A DNA stretch of 64,000 nucleotides from NCBI GenBank assembly GCA_964016885.1, contig OZ024744.1:64914001-64978000 (forward strand). The letters run 5' to 3'. Origin of the DNA: Eledone cirrhosa. Lineage: Eukaryota. The notes beneath the pieces are model-generated. The model worked only from the letters and a program-made list of their open reading frames with translations. It searched no databases and was not told the origin of the DNA. This document shows, in pieces, positions 22,750 through 34,960 of this stretch; position 1 is the first letter of the stretch; every line of letters starts with the position of its first letter. A program made the position numbers and the translations under genes.

Positions 22750-25410
22750 ATCATAACTTGATCACCTACAGATCAGGGGAACATACCAGCCAGGTAGATT
22801 ATATCCTTACCAGAAGACGTGACAGAGTGACTGTTGTAAACACTAAATCCCTCCCCCATGAAGAATGCATCTCCCAACATAGACTGATAATTAGCGACCT
22901 AATAGTCAGGACGAGACGTACTAGACAACAGAAGAGGACTATCCTCAGGAGAAAAATATGGAAGCTAAAGGACCCCACAGCCAAAAATAAATTTCAAAGC
23001 ATATTACTTGATGCTTTCGACAGTAAGGAAGAGCAATTAGAGTCGTACAAGGTAGAGGAACAGTGGGAATTCCTGAAAGCAAACCTGCTGACGGCGGCAG
23101 ACGAAGTCTGTGGCTGGAGCAGGCCTGTAGGCAGGAGGAGAGTAACATGGTGGTGGAACAGTAAGGTGGAGGGGTCAATTAAGGCCAAAAAGCAGGCTTG
23201 GAAAGTATGGCGGGATGGGGGAAGCAGAGAAGACTATCAAGTGGCCAGGAGGGAAGCTAGGAGACAAGTGTACTTCGCAAGAAGGGAAGCAGAGGAAAGA
23301 AAGTTCAAGCATGTTCTACAACGCGAGGACCAAAAACGTGAGGTGTTCAGGATTGCTAGGCAATGTGTCAAGGAAAACAGTGATATTGTCAGGGAGAAGT
23401 GTGTACTTAATGATGATGGCTTGCCATCACCGACGCTGATAAGAAGGTAGCTTGGAGGTGTCACTATGAAAGGCTACTAAATGAGGAGAATAAATGGGAG
23501 AAAGACAGTCTCCCCCACATCGACCCAATAGAGGGACCAGCAGTGTTAGTCGAGGGTAGTATCATAAGTAAGGCAATCAAAGATATGAAGACAGGTAAGG
23601 CGGCTGGTCCTTCGGAAATAGTTGCTGAGATGCTGAAGGCATCTGGTACGGTGGGACACACCATGGTCACCCGGATAGTCAACCAAGTCATACAGAATGG
23701 GGTTGTTCCGAAGGACTGGCGTAGCAGCATCATCGTTAACTGTTATAAGGGTAAAGGAGATGCCCTAGATAGGAGTAACTATAGAGGCATTAAATTAATC
23801 GACCAGGTCATGAAGGTCACGGAAAAAGTAATAGCGCAACTAATCAGAGAGCGAATTGATCTAGATGAAATGCAGTTGGGGTTTGTGTCAGGAAAAAGTA
23901 CCACAGACGCTCTTTTCATTGTACGACAACTACAGGAGAAGTACCTAGCTAAAAGTAAACCCCTATACTTAGCTTTTGTTGACTTGGAGAAAGCCTTTGA
24001 CAGAGTCCCCCGCTCCATTATCTGGTGGGCTCTTAGAAAACTAGGTGTTGATGAATGGCTTGTGAGAGCTATACAAGCCATGTATAAAGAAACAGTCAGC
24101 AAGGTTAGAATTAACAACGAATATAGTGAAGAGTTTAGTGTAAAAGTTGGTGTTCATCAGGGCTCTGTTCTTAGCCCCCTACTATTTATTATTGCCCTCC
24201 AGGCTATAACAGTGGAGTTCAAGACCGGCTGCCCATGGGAACTCCTATACGCAGATGATCTAACGCTCATAGCTGAATCAATGGCTGAGCTAGAGAAGAA
24301 ATTCCAAACATGGAAGCACGGCCTAGAATCAAAAGGCCTTAAAATTAACCTGGCTAAGACTAAAGTTCTAGTTTGTAAGAAAGAAAATAAGGCGGTGGTC
24401 CCCTCCGGGAAGTGGCCATGCTCAGTGTGTAGGAAAGGCGTAGGTAGAAACTCCATTTTGTGTCCCAAATGCAAAGTTTGGGTGCATAAAAGATGTAGTG
24501 GGATCACAGGTAAGCTAACTAAGAACATAGATTTTACATGTGGCCGGTGTTCTGGGGCAATAAGTAGCAGCAAGTGCCCACAAAAAATACTAGCTCTTTC
24601 AACTGCGCAGAGGGTTCTATAGAAATAGTGGACAGCTAGAGTCAGAACTGGGTGGAAAAAGTTCAGAGAGCTTATACCTCTACTAGCCGCTAAAGTGTTC
24701 TCCCTAAAAATGAAAGGCAGGCTGTATGATGCCTGCATACGAACAGCAATGTTGCATGGCAGTGAGACCTGGGCATTGTGTGCAGAGGATATACGCAGAC
24801 TAGAGAGAAACGAAGCTTGCATGCTCCGCTGGATGTGTAATAGTAATATACGTGAACGGCAAAGCATAAACGAACTAAGGAAAAAATTAGAAATAAGAGG
24901 GATCAGATGTTGTTTACTCGAGAGAAGGCTACGTTGGTATGGTCACGTGATGCGCATGAAGGACGATAGCTGTATAACAAAGTGCAGGGCAATAAAGATA
25001 GACAGTAGCCACGGAATAGGCAGACCCAGAAAAACCTGGGACGAGCTGATAAATTCCGACCTCACACACTTACACCTCTCCAAGACAATGTCACTGGACC
25101 GAGACCTTTGGCGGTACTCAGTAATAGAGAAGACCCGCCTTACCTAAATACAAAGTAAAACCTACTACAGTCAGTAGGCATCTCTAACAAAATACACCCC
25201 CGTCCCACCACCCCCACCCCATCCACACCGCCCCTTTCAATGTAAAGTTATGTTGGTGCCACAAAATCCAGGCCGAAACAAATGAGATCGCGTAGGTGTC
25301 ACGTCAAAAAAACACACAGTTCACGCTGTAATGTGGCCGTGTAGGCAACACGGTAAAAACCTCCCAGCCCCACACTGTAAATGTGGTTGGTGTTAGGAAG
25401 GGCATCCAGC
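22750..25410 (+). mobile_element. 5'-truncated RTE LINE (copy B), frameshifted, 3' UTR cut short
   Basis: Colinear with copy A from HNLITYRSGEH onward; frameshift near 23420; deletion near 24635; ends at GGCATCCAGC. Confidence 0.93.
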
Positions 25411-28400
25411 CGCCAAAGGTCTCGGTCCAGTGACATTGTCTTGGAGAGGTGTAAGCGTGTGAGGTCGGAATTTATCAGCTCGTCCCATGTTTTTCTGGGT
25501 CTGCCTACTCCGTGGCTACCGTCTATCTTTATTGCCCTGCACTTTGTTATACAGCTGTCGTCTTTCATGCGCATCACGTGACCGTACCAACGTAGCCTTC
25601 TCTCGAGTAAACAACATCGGATCCCTCTTATTTCTAATTTTTTCCTTAGTTCGTTTATGCTTTGCCGTTCACGTATATTACTATTACACATCCAGCGGAG
25701 CATGCAAGCTTCGTTCCTCTCTAATCTGCGTATATCCTCTGCACACAATGCCCAGGTCTCACTGCCATGCAGCATTGCTGTTCATATGCAGGCATCGTAT
25801 AACCTGCCTTTCATTTTTAGGGAGAACCCTCTAGCGGCTAATAGTGGTATAAGCTCTCTGAACTTTTTCCATCCAGTTCTGACTCTAGCTACTGTACTTT
25901 CAGAGCACCCTCCCCCACTGCTGATTTTGTCACCCAGGTAACGGAAGCTGTCCACTATTTCTATAGAACCCTCTGCGCAGTTGAAGGAGCTAGTATTTTG
26001 TGGGCACTTGCTGCTACTTATTGCACCAGAGCACCGGCCACATGTAAAATCTATGTTCTTAGTTAGCTTACCTGTGATCCCACTACATCTTTTATGCACC
26101 CATACTTTGCATTTGGGACATAAAATGGAGTTTCTTCACACTGAGCATGGCCATTTCCCAGATGGGACTGCCGCCTTATTTTCTTTCCTACAAACTAGAA
26201 CTTTAGTCTTAGCCAGGTTAATTTTAAGGCCTTTTGATTCTAGGCCGTGCTTCCATGTTTGGAATTTCTTCTCTAGTTCGGTCATTGATTCAGCTATGAG
26301 CATTAGATCATCTGCGTATAGGAGTTCCCATGGGCAACCGGTCTTGAACTCCTCTGTTATAGCCTGAAGGGCAATAATAAATAGTAGGGGGCTAAGAACA
26401 GAGCCCTGATGGACACCAACTTTTACGCTAAACTCTTCACTATATTCGTTGTTAATTCTAACCTTACTGACTGTTTCTTTATACATGGCTTGTATAGCTC
26501 TCACAAGTCATTCGTCAACACCTAGTTTTCTAAGAGACCACCAGATAATGGAACGGGGGACTCTGTCGAAGGCTTTCTCCAAGTCGACGAAAGCTAAGTA
26601 TAGGGGTTTACTTTTAGCTAGGTACTTCTCCTGTAGTTGTCGTACAATGAAAAGAGCGTCTGTGGTACTTTTGCCTGACACAAACCCAAACTGCATTTCA
26701 TCTAGATCAATTCTCTCTCTGATTAGTTGCGCTATTACTTTTTCCGTGACCTTCATGACCTGGTCGATTAATTTAATGCCTCTATAGTTACTCCTATCTA
26801 GGGCATCTCCTTTTCCCTTATAGCAGTTAACGATGATGCTGCTACGCCAGTCCTTCGGAACAACCCCATTCTGTACGACTTGGTTAACTATCCGGGTGAC
26901 CATGGTGTGTCCCACCGAACCAGATGCCTTCAGCATCTCAGCAACTATTTCCGAAGGACCAGCCGCCTTACCCGTCTTCATATCTTTGATTGCCTTGCTT
27001 ATTGTACTACCCTGGACTAACACTGCTAGTCCCTCTATTGGGTCGATGTGGGGAAGACTGTCTTTCTCCCATTTGTTCTCCTCATTTAGAAGCCTTTCGT
27101 AGTGACACTTCCAAGCTACCTTCTTATCAGCGTCGGTGATGGCAAGTATGCCATCATCGTTAAGTACACACTTCTCCCCGACAATATCACGGTTTTCCTT
27201 GACACATTGCCTGGCAATCTTGAACACCTCACGTTTTTGGTCCTCGCGTTGTAGAACATGCTTGAACTTTCTTTCCTCTGCTTCCCTTCTTGCGAAGTAC
27301 ACTTGTCTCCTAGCTTCCCTCCTGGCCACTTGATAGTCTTCTCTACTTCCCCCATCCCGCCATGCTTTCCAAGCCTGCTTTTTGGCCTTAATTGACTCCT
27401 CCACCTTACTGTTCCACCACCATGTTACTCTCCTCCTACCTACAGGCCTGCTCCAGCCACAGACTTCGTCTGCCGCCGTCAGCAGGTTTGCTCTCAGGAA
27501 TTCCCACTGTTCCTCTATATTATACGACTCTAATTGCTCTTCCTTACTGTCGAAAGCGTCAAGTAATATGCTTTGAAATTTATTTCTGGCTATGGGGTCC
27601 TTTAGCTTCCATATTTTTCTCCTGAGGATAGTCCTCTTCCGCTGTCTAGTACGTCTCGTCCTGACTATGAGGTCGCTAATTATCAGTCTATGTTGGGAGG
27701 TGAATTCTTCATGGGGGAGGGATTTAGTGTTAACAACAGACACTCTGTCACGTCTTCTGGTAAGGATATAATCTACCTGGCTTGTGTGTTCCCCCGATCT
27801 ATAGGTGATCAAGTGATTGTCTCGTTTTTTGAAGTTAGTGTTACAGATAGTTAAGTTATTTGCGTCGCAGAATTCCAGGATTCTGGAGCCTTCCTCATTT
27901 CTAGTACCGAACCCATAGCCTCCATGGATTCCGTCATAGCCGTCACAATGTTGTCCAACGTGACCATTTAGGTCGCCTGCAATAACTATATAGTCACTGT
28001 CGGTTATTTGGGAGGTAGCGAGCATCAGTGTCTCGTAGAATCTGTCTTTTATAGCGCCGGGCAGTCCGGATTGTGGTGCGTACGCAGATATTACTGTCAC
28101 CGTAGTTTTATTGAGGACAAGTCTTATTTTAATTATTCTGTCGTTCACTCTATTTACGTCTATTATCTTATCTGCCCACTTTTCTGCTACCATGATTCCT
28201 ACCCCACCCAACCCATTGTCATTTCCCACCCAGAAAAGCTTATAGCATCGTTTTTTACCCACGATGAATCTAGCCGACCCTCCCCTCCACCTGGTCTCTT
28301 GAATACAACAAACATCGACCTCCTTACGTTCAAGCATTTCTACAACCTCTTTAGAGCGACCCTTTAAGGTGCCTACATTCATGGTACCAACTCTGAAGTT

Positions 28401-28619
28401 TTGGATTGCGTTTGGAGGGTGGGAGCGGTGGGGCGGGGATGGGGGGGGGGGGGATTGGGTTATGTTAGCCATCCTGGGCCGAAACAAGGAGGAGTGCTTG
28501 CATTCTCGTCCACGAGGTGAATTTGGCTTTATCTTTGGCATTGTCGCTGAGCGTCCACATTTTTCTCTCTTCAACTCTCCAGAATTCCGTAGTCCATCCA
28601 TCATATCGAAAAGCAACCA
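25411..28619 (-). mobile_element. RTE LINE (copy C), 3'-truncated; 702-aa ORF 26508-28616, then nonsense codon and 15-bp deletion
   Basis: Very similar to copy A; TGG>TGA at 26508-26510; deletion near 26135 creates a stop; ends at DRDLWR. Confidence 0.93.
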
Positions 28620-28631
28620 ATATATATATAT

Positions 28632-30635
28632 AGTGGAGCCATGGTGGCATACTTTTGGATGGAAAAGGACATGTTTTCAATGTCAGAAACTAAACTAATG
28701 GATCAAATGCGGGCGATTAGGAGGAAGGGTTGGTTTACTAAGGGAGGTAGAAATATCTTGGATTAGTGAACATTTAAGGGAAGCTGCAGACGTGCAAAAA
28801 AGAGAGATTAAAGTAGAAGTTCAAGCTGTTTCTACAGTTGAAGTCAGAGAAAAATAGACAATGGGGACAGGGAAATTATGAAGAGACTGTTAGGATTGCT
28901 GAGGTTATAGATTAAACTCTGGTATTGTTGAAGATGGTTATACAAGAGGAGGGAGCCAATTGGATGTTGAAACACTTGCATTACAAGGACAGCTTACAGA
29001 TTTGATGAAAGCCCCTGAAGAAAAAAAACCCTGATGAATACTAGATGGATAAATAGAAGTATGATGAATGAAATTACAAAAAAGATAAATGTTATCATAC
29101 CTCATATCCAGACAGAGGACATAATGTAAAGAAGGAATCTTGTCAAAGCTATTGCACTTGTTGAGGGAAATTTACAACTAATGTAAACAAAGGAGAGTAA
29201 ACCTAAAAGAACCACAGTGGAAAAGCCACATTGGAAATGATATTATGCAGTTAAGGCAAGATCTAAGTAAAATTGAGCAATGGTTTAGAATAAAATGGAA
29301 AATGGAAAAAAGACTGATCGAGAAACATTAGACAAGAAGTATAAAATATGGAAGAATGGATTCTATACAGTAATGGAATAACTAAAATTGAGGATTTTGT
29401 CGAAAAGATAAGATATGTGAACAGAAATAAGCAGTTCAAGGAGAATAGATTGTTCTAAAATAATCCTAAACAATTCTTCTATATTTTGGAAGAAGGCAAT
29501 GGGAAGGATGCTGTTCCTAATGCTGACCAGGCCAAGGAGTTCTGGAATGAGGTATGGGGGAACATTGTGATACATGGAACAGATGCTGAGTGTATATAAA
29601 CCATTTCTAAGGAGGAAATAAACTGAGACATTAATTACCATAAGGCCAGTTGATGTGAAGGATTAAGTGGCCAAAATACCAAGCTCCTGATCCAGATGGA
29701 ATCCATAGCTGCACAAAAGTGATCTTAAACTGGAAACGAATGCCTTAATTTGTGCAATGCAGGAGCAAGCCATGAAAACAAATTAACGTATTTCTCGGCA
29801 CCAAGATGCTTTGTCTTTGAGGACGTACCCTAATTTTGACAACCAAAAATTTGAAAAAAAAATAATAAACAACCTTTGGCCTCCGGGACGCATGGTAGAT
29901 TTTTGAGACTTATTTTAGGAAAAAAGTAGCGTCTTTGATGCCGGGAAATATGATATATTAAACATAAGATTGACAACTCAAGTAAAACAGAAAAGTGTAG
30001 GATGTGCAGATAAAAGGGAGAAACTGTGTGGCAGATCACCAACCAGTGGACAAAGATGGCACAGAGAGGATACAAGCGATGACATGGTAATATAGCAAAA
30101 AATATTCATTGTGTGGAAAGTATGGTCTGGAAAGAGCAAGCCAGTGGTATGAGTACAAACCAAAAGGTGTTATAGAAAATGACCATGTCAAGATTCTATG
30201 GGACTTTATGATCTAATGTAATCATGAAATTGAAGATTGCAAACCAGATATTGTGGGGATCAACAAAGTTAACAAACAATGTTTGAGTCTGGAAGCAGCT
30301 TGTTCCACTGACATTAAGGTTTGTTACAAAGAATTGGAGAAAGTTAAGAGATTCGAATCCCTTGCATAGGAGATAAAGTATTTGTGGGTAATGAAAAAGG
30401 TTGAGGTGATCCCAGGTATAGTCAGGGTGCTTGGTACTGTTGGCACCAGATCTGAAATCTATTTTTAAAAAATTGGGACCAACATCAGAGTGGAGCCCTT
30501 ACATAAAACAACACTCATTGGAACAGCCAAGATACTCAGAAAAGTGCTTGACAACTGAAGGTGCCACCTCAGTCCACCGGCTGTGGACAGCTGACACCAG
30601 AATTACATCACCAGCAACAAATGGCATATGACATG
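28632..30635 (+). pseudogene. Degenerate R4/Dong-like RLE non-LTR retrotransposon
   Basis: Fragments translate to ETNALICAMQEQA, CRMC, VIENDHVKILWDF, KPDIV and GTAKILRKVL; followed by (AAT)n. Confidence 0.7.
29786..29953. mobile_element. Tc1/mariner-superfamily (pogo/Tc2-like) MITE with TA target duplication
   Basis: Imperfect TIRs CGTATTTCTCGGCACCAAGATGC and GCGTCTTTGATGCCGGGAAATATG, with TA on both sides. Removal restores the interrupted element's frame MKTNYIKHKID. Confidence 0.75.
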
Positions 30636-30690
30636 TGGATAATAATAATAATAATAATAATGATGATAATAATAATAATAATAATAATAA

Positions 30691-31185
30691 TAAGTGGTAT
30701 GAGCATAAGCCAGAGTCGGTGATAGAAAACGATCAGGTGAAGGTGCTGTGGGATTTTAGGATACAGACGGACAAGAAACTGGAACACAATAGACCTGACC
30801 TGGTGGTTGTGGACAAAAAAAAAAGATCGTGCCTGATTGTGGATGTGGCCTGCCCATTTGACACGAGAGTGCAAGAGAAGGAGATGGAGAAAATTAACAG
30901 ATACCAGGACTTAAAGTGGGAGGTAAAAAGGATTTGGAACTGCCATGAAGTCAAAGTGGTCCCGATTGTCATAGGCACATTCGGGACTATCTCAAAAAGT
31001 TTCCAGGGATGGTTAAAGAAAATTGGCCCCTTCACGCTTTTTGGAATGCTTCAAAAGGCATGCTTGCTGGGAACAGCAAGAACCATCCGATACGTCCTGA
31101 ATATCTGAGGCTGCAGGTAGTGGCTTGATATTCATTTCAACAAACTTTCCAGTTAACTAACATCAATGACTGAGACTCAAAGAGT
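30691..31185 (+). mobile_element. R4/Dong-like element 3' fragment (RLE domain plus 3' UTR)
   Basis: KWYEHKPESVIEN..VLWDF..RPDLV..IVDVACP..KINRYQDL (PD-(D/E)xK nuclease); stop at 31108; (AAT)n on both sides. Confidence 0.88.
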
Positions 31186-31189
31186 AATG

Positions 31190-31244
<55 letters not shown>

Positions 31245-31505
31245 TTTCTTTATTAACCACAAGGGTTTACATAAAGTAGACATTAAGGACAGTGCAGGAC
31301 AATGCAGGACGGTACAAATGGGCATTTCTGCGTGTAAAAAAAACAAAAATAGAGGATGTAACAAAAATAACAATGAAAATAACAATGAAAAATTCCCCAA
31401 TAGGGGGGAGACTTCGGAGGGACATTTGTGGAGAAAGCCCAGTAAAAAGCCACAATGACCCTGACCACCAAGGCAAGTGCCCTCTCCCAGTTTTCCACCT
31501 TTAGT

Positions 31506-34500
31506 TTACAGATATATACTCAGAGTCGGCCCATTCACTCGGGCCATTCTTGCTTCTCTCACCCATCTTTCAACAAAATGCTGGGAAGAGAGCACTTCCT
31601 TCTCTACTCTGATTTTCCTTTTCAAATGAAATTTGAAAAAGTCAATCAGAGCATCACCGAAGAGGTAAGTGCTCGTCTTCAGCCCTTTCAAACGTGTCCA
31701 CCATACTATCTCTTTCGCCATGGCCACCAGACAGATAAAAACTGCCTGCCCTTCCCGGCTAAAGGAGGAGGGCGGGGCAATCCTCACGATAGACTCAGAT
31801 GATAGCTGGATCCGTCCTAAACGCGACAGCAGGTGTTCGACATAAACCCACAAGTCAGCAATTTTCGGACACTGGACGAGTGCGTGCAGGACGGTTTCGT
31901 CGCCCTGCGCGCATCTCGGACATGCCCGGCTGACGGCACCTCCATGCCTGTAGAGTTTATCCCGAACTGGCAAGGCTCCTCGGTAGCACTGCCAGGCCAG
32001 AGATTTCTGGAAGTTGTCCATAGGCCCTGGCCCGAAGGTTCTTCCGAAGAGATTGGCTAGTTGATTTTCGTCGACGCCTAGAGTTTCCCCAAGTACGTCG
32101 TCGCTCTTCCCCTCCACTAATCCTCTATAGAACGCCGAGGTGGAGTTTCCACCGATCACATTGCCCGATTGGTCGAGGGCTGTGAGCGCCTGAAGACATT
32201 CCAGTCTCCAGGCGCTCCCTCTCGGTCTTCGCTTGACCCAGGACTGCAGCTCCGTCAAGGAAACGAGCTGGGGAAAAACGCGTCTAGCAAACGGCGACCA
32301 CACCTGATCACCGTCGAGGAAGAGGTGGAGATGTCGTAGCCTGAGCGCGTGCCTGCGCATCATCAGCCACGGCATGCCCAGCCCTCCACGTAGCGGGTGT
32401 TGACAACAGATGGACCGCCTGACCATCGGAGCACGTCCCTTCCACAAAAAGCGAAAGAGCAAACGCTCCAGCGCAGTCAGGCGAGGCTTAGGACAAGGTA
32501 CGACGGTTAGGCGGTAGCAGATGACAGACGCGATGTACGCGTTAGCCACCTCCGCTCGACCTTTCAGGGATAGCTTCCTCTCCGCCCATTTCTGGGTGAG
32601 AGAAGCCACCCTGCTCGTCACCTCGTCCCAGTTTTTGTCCGTCTGGAGGTCCGGACCGAACCAGACCCCTAGCAATTTAACCGGTCCGTCCGTCCAGCGC
32701 CCGACGACGCTGTTGGACGGCATGGACCTGCCTCTCCAGGTGCCGAGCTGCAGGCCCACTGACTTTTCCTGGTTGATCATTGCTCCTGTCACCGCTTCGT
32801 ATTCTCTTAGTGTAGTGCCGATCGCCTCGATGTGTTTGGCGTTCGACACCACTACGGTGACATCGTCCGCATATGCTGACACGGATCTTCCGCATCCTAG
32901 TTCGCGCGGGACTCCCCTCAACGTCTCCAGTTTGTGCAGTAATGGCTCGAGAGTCAATACGTACAAGAGGGACGAGAGGGGACATCCTTGGCGGACCGAG
33001 CGCATGATGTTGAACGGTTCCGACAGGTGACCGTTCACTCTCACCACAGAGCAGATGTCGCTGTGCATGGCAGCGATCCAGCCTCTGAAGACGGGCCCAA
33101 AGCCAGCCGCCCTCAGGACTGCCGCTAGGTAACGATGGTCGACCCTATCGAAAGCTTTCGACTGATCTAAATTGATCAAGGACCCACCCGTGCCAGGTTC
33201 CCTAGCTACCCTCTCTACGATGTATCGCATGAGGTGGAGGTTGTCGTGGATGGATCTGTCGGGAATGGCGCATGTCTGCGCCTCTCCCACCAGACCACCA
33301 ACGACAAGCGCCAACCTCTTTGCTAGCACCTTGGCCAAAATCTTAAACTCTGTGTTTAGCAGAGTTATGGGCCGGAAATTGTCTATGTTATCCCCCTTGT
33401 TCGGATCCTTTCTCAGCAGTGCCACCGCTCCTCGGCTCACAGAACTGGGAATTCTCCCGTTCTGTTGCCAGTTGCAGTAGACGTCCGCCAAGAGGCCTCC
33501 GAACAAGTCTGGCATCTGTACGTAAAGTTCATAGGGCAGACCATCCAAACCAGGCGATTTACCCCTTGTGCAGCCAGTCATTGCCTCCCTTACTTCAGCG
33601 GCTGTTATCGGCTTTTCGCAACACTTCGCCTCAGTGGCCGAGAGCCGCGGCAGTCCGTCGAGGTAGACACTAAAGTCCATCCCTCTACCCGGCCCCCCGC
33701 TGCCCCCGAACAGCTGAGCGAAGTGTCGCTGAAAAGCTTCACACATTTGCCCGGGATCGAGTAGCATGCGCCCGTCGTGGTCCACCAAAGACCGGATCGT
33801 GGCTTTGTTGCCACGACGCGCCTCCGCCACTCGGGCCCATTGAACGGCTTTCGTCCCCTCGTGTCTGAGAGCACGCACCCTAGCTCTGACAACGCAGCCT
33901 TCGTGCTTTGCATTGAAGAATTGGTCAAGGGCCAATTTCGCCGCAAGCACGTCGGTCGCAATGCCTTTGCTAAGCGCCTCGTCTAATTTTCTAACTAGTT
34001 CTCCCTCTGCTCTATTTTTCTCTATTGCTAAAGCCTTACTAAACCTAATCGATTCTATTCTAATCGCTCTTTTCAGAGCAAACCACCACTTGTTGTTGAC
34101 GATGGCCCCCGTCAACGCCCGCTTAACTAGTTCGCTAATCCGGTCTCTGTAGGCCTTGCGCGCTGGTAAGGACGCGTTTAGCTTCCAGTAGCCGGGTCCT
34201 CGTCTATGAAGCCTATCTAAGTCAAGCACACAGATCACGAATTTGTGGTCCGTGTAGCTGACTATCTTGAATTGTGGACAGCCTATGCTAGACCTATCTA
34301 TTTCCCTACAAAATACTCTATCTAGATATGATCTGGATGACCCTATGCGGTTTGTCCAAGTCCACATTGGCACATTCGGGAAATCCAATCGGTACCTGTC
34401 AGACAGTTCAAAACGCCTGAGCAGGTTGGTGAGGCTCTTGCACCCTCCACCCCTATCCGCTAATCCCACACAGTCCCAGCGTGCATCTAAGATCCCGTTC

Positions 34501-34925
34501 CAGTCGCCCACTAACACTAAAGAGCGCGACGTTCCAAGAAAGGTCTCCAGACGCCGGAAGAAATCAGGCCGCCCTGCTCCTGTCGGGGCATAGACGGCCA
34601 CTAGCCTGAAAGCTTGCCCGTCTCCGCTGGTCACGTCCAGCACCACCAGCTTACCCTCTGGGTCCAGGAAGATGGCCCGTATGGCGAGATCCAAACCTCT
34701 CCGAAAAAGCACAGCAACTCCTCCACCCGATCCAGGACGGCTGGGAGATGCGTACACATCGTAGCCGCCGAAGATCGGTGCGAAGGCCCGTGCTTCGGAG
34801 ATTCTGGTCTCGCTGATGGCCACTACATCTATGTTTAGTGACCTGAGGTCGTTGAGCAGGTGACCCTGCTTCCATGACGACCCCAAGCCACGCGCATTTA
34901 TGCTGCCTATTCTGAGTGAGGTCAT
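31506..34925 (-). CDS. Tx1-like ORF2: APE endonuclease, reverse transcriptase, C-terminal zinc finger (1139 aa)
   Basis: SINARGL, ISET, VYAP, GDWN, YLDR, TDH (APE); GPGYWKLN; KSPGLDG, FRPITLLN, DQSKAFD, VRQGCPLS, AYADD (RT); CPRC..ETVLHALVQC. Confidence 0.95.
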   Translation of the reverse strand: MTSLRIGSINARGLGSSWKQGHLLNDLRSLNIDVVAISETRISEARAFAPIFGGYDVYASPSRPGSGGGVAVLFRRGLDLAIRAIFLDPEGKLVVLDVTSGDGQAFRLVAVYAPTGAGRPDFFRRLETFLGTSRSLVLVGDWNGILDARWDCVGLADRGGGCKSLTNLLRRFELSDRYRLDFPNVPMWTWTNRIGSSRSYLDRVFCREIDRSSIGCPQFKIVSYTDHKFVICVLDLDRLHRRGPGYWKLNASLPARKAYRDRISELVKRALTGAIVNNKWWFALKRAIRIESIRFSKALAIEKNRAEGELVRKLDEALSKGIATDVLAAKLALDQFFNAKHEGCVVRARVRALRHEGTKAVQWARVAEARRGNKATIRSLVDHDGRMLLDPGQMCEAFQRHFAQLFGGSGGPGRGMDFSVYLDGLPRLSATEAKCCEKPITAAEVREAMTGCTRGKSPGLDGLPYELYVQMPDLFGGLLADVYCNWQQNGRIPSSVSRGAVALLRKDPNKGDNIDNFRPITLLNTEFKILAKVLAKRLALVVGGLVGEAQTCAIPDRSIHDNLHLMRYIVERVAREPGTGGSLINLDQSKAFDRVDHRYLAAVLRAAGFGPVFRGWIAAMHSDICSVVRVNGHLSEPFNIMRSVRQGCPLSSLLYVLTLEPLLHKLETLRGVPRELGCGRSVSAYADDVTVVVSNAKHIEAIGTTLREYEAVTGAMINQEKSVGLQLGTWRGRSMPSNSVVGRWTDGPVKLLGVWFGPDLQTDKNWDEVTSRVASLTQKWAERKLSLKGRAEVANAYIASVICYRLTVVPCPKPRLTALERLLFRFLWKGRAPMVRRSICCQHPLRGGLGMPWLMMRRHALRLRHLHLFLDGDQVWSPFARRVFPQLVSLTELQSWVKRRPRGSAWRLECLQALTALDQSGNVIGGNSTSAFYRGLVEGKSDDVLGETLGVDENQLANLFGRTFGPGPMDNFQKSLAWQCYRGALPVRDKLYRHGGAVSRACPRCAQGDETVLHALVQCPKIADLWVYVEHLLSRLGRIQLSSESIVRIAPPSSFSREGQAVFICLVAMAKEIVWWTRLKGLKTSTYLFGDALIDFFKFHLKRKIRVEKEVLSSQHFVERWVREARMARVNGPTLSIYL

Positions 34926-34960
34926 GTTTAAAATAGAGTGGAAAAGATGGGAAAGACCAC

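Noticed and set aside
22518-23450. 310-aa ORF with a novel N-terminus fused to RTE sequence
   Set aside because: Chance read-through from a SINE tail into a 5'-truncated RTE copy.
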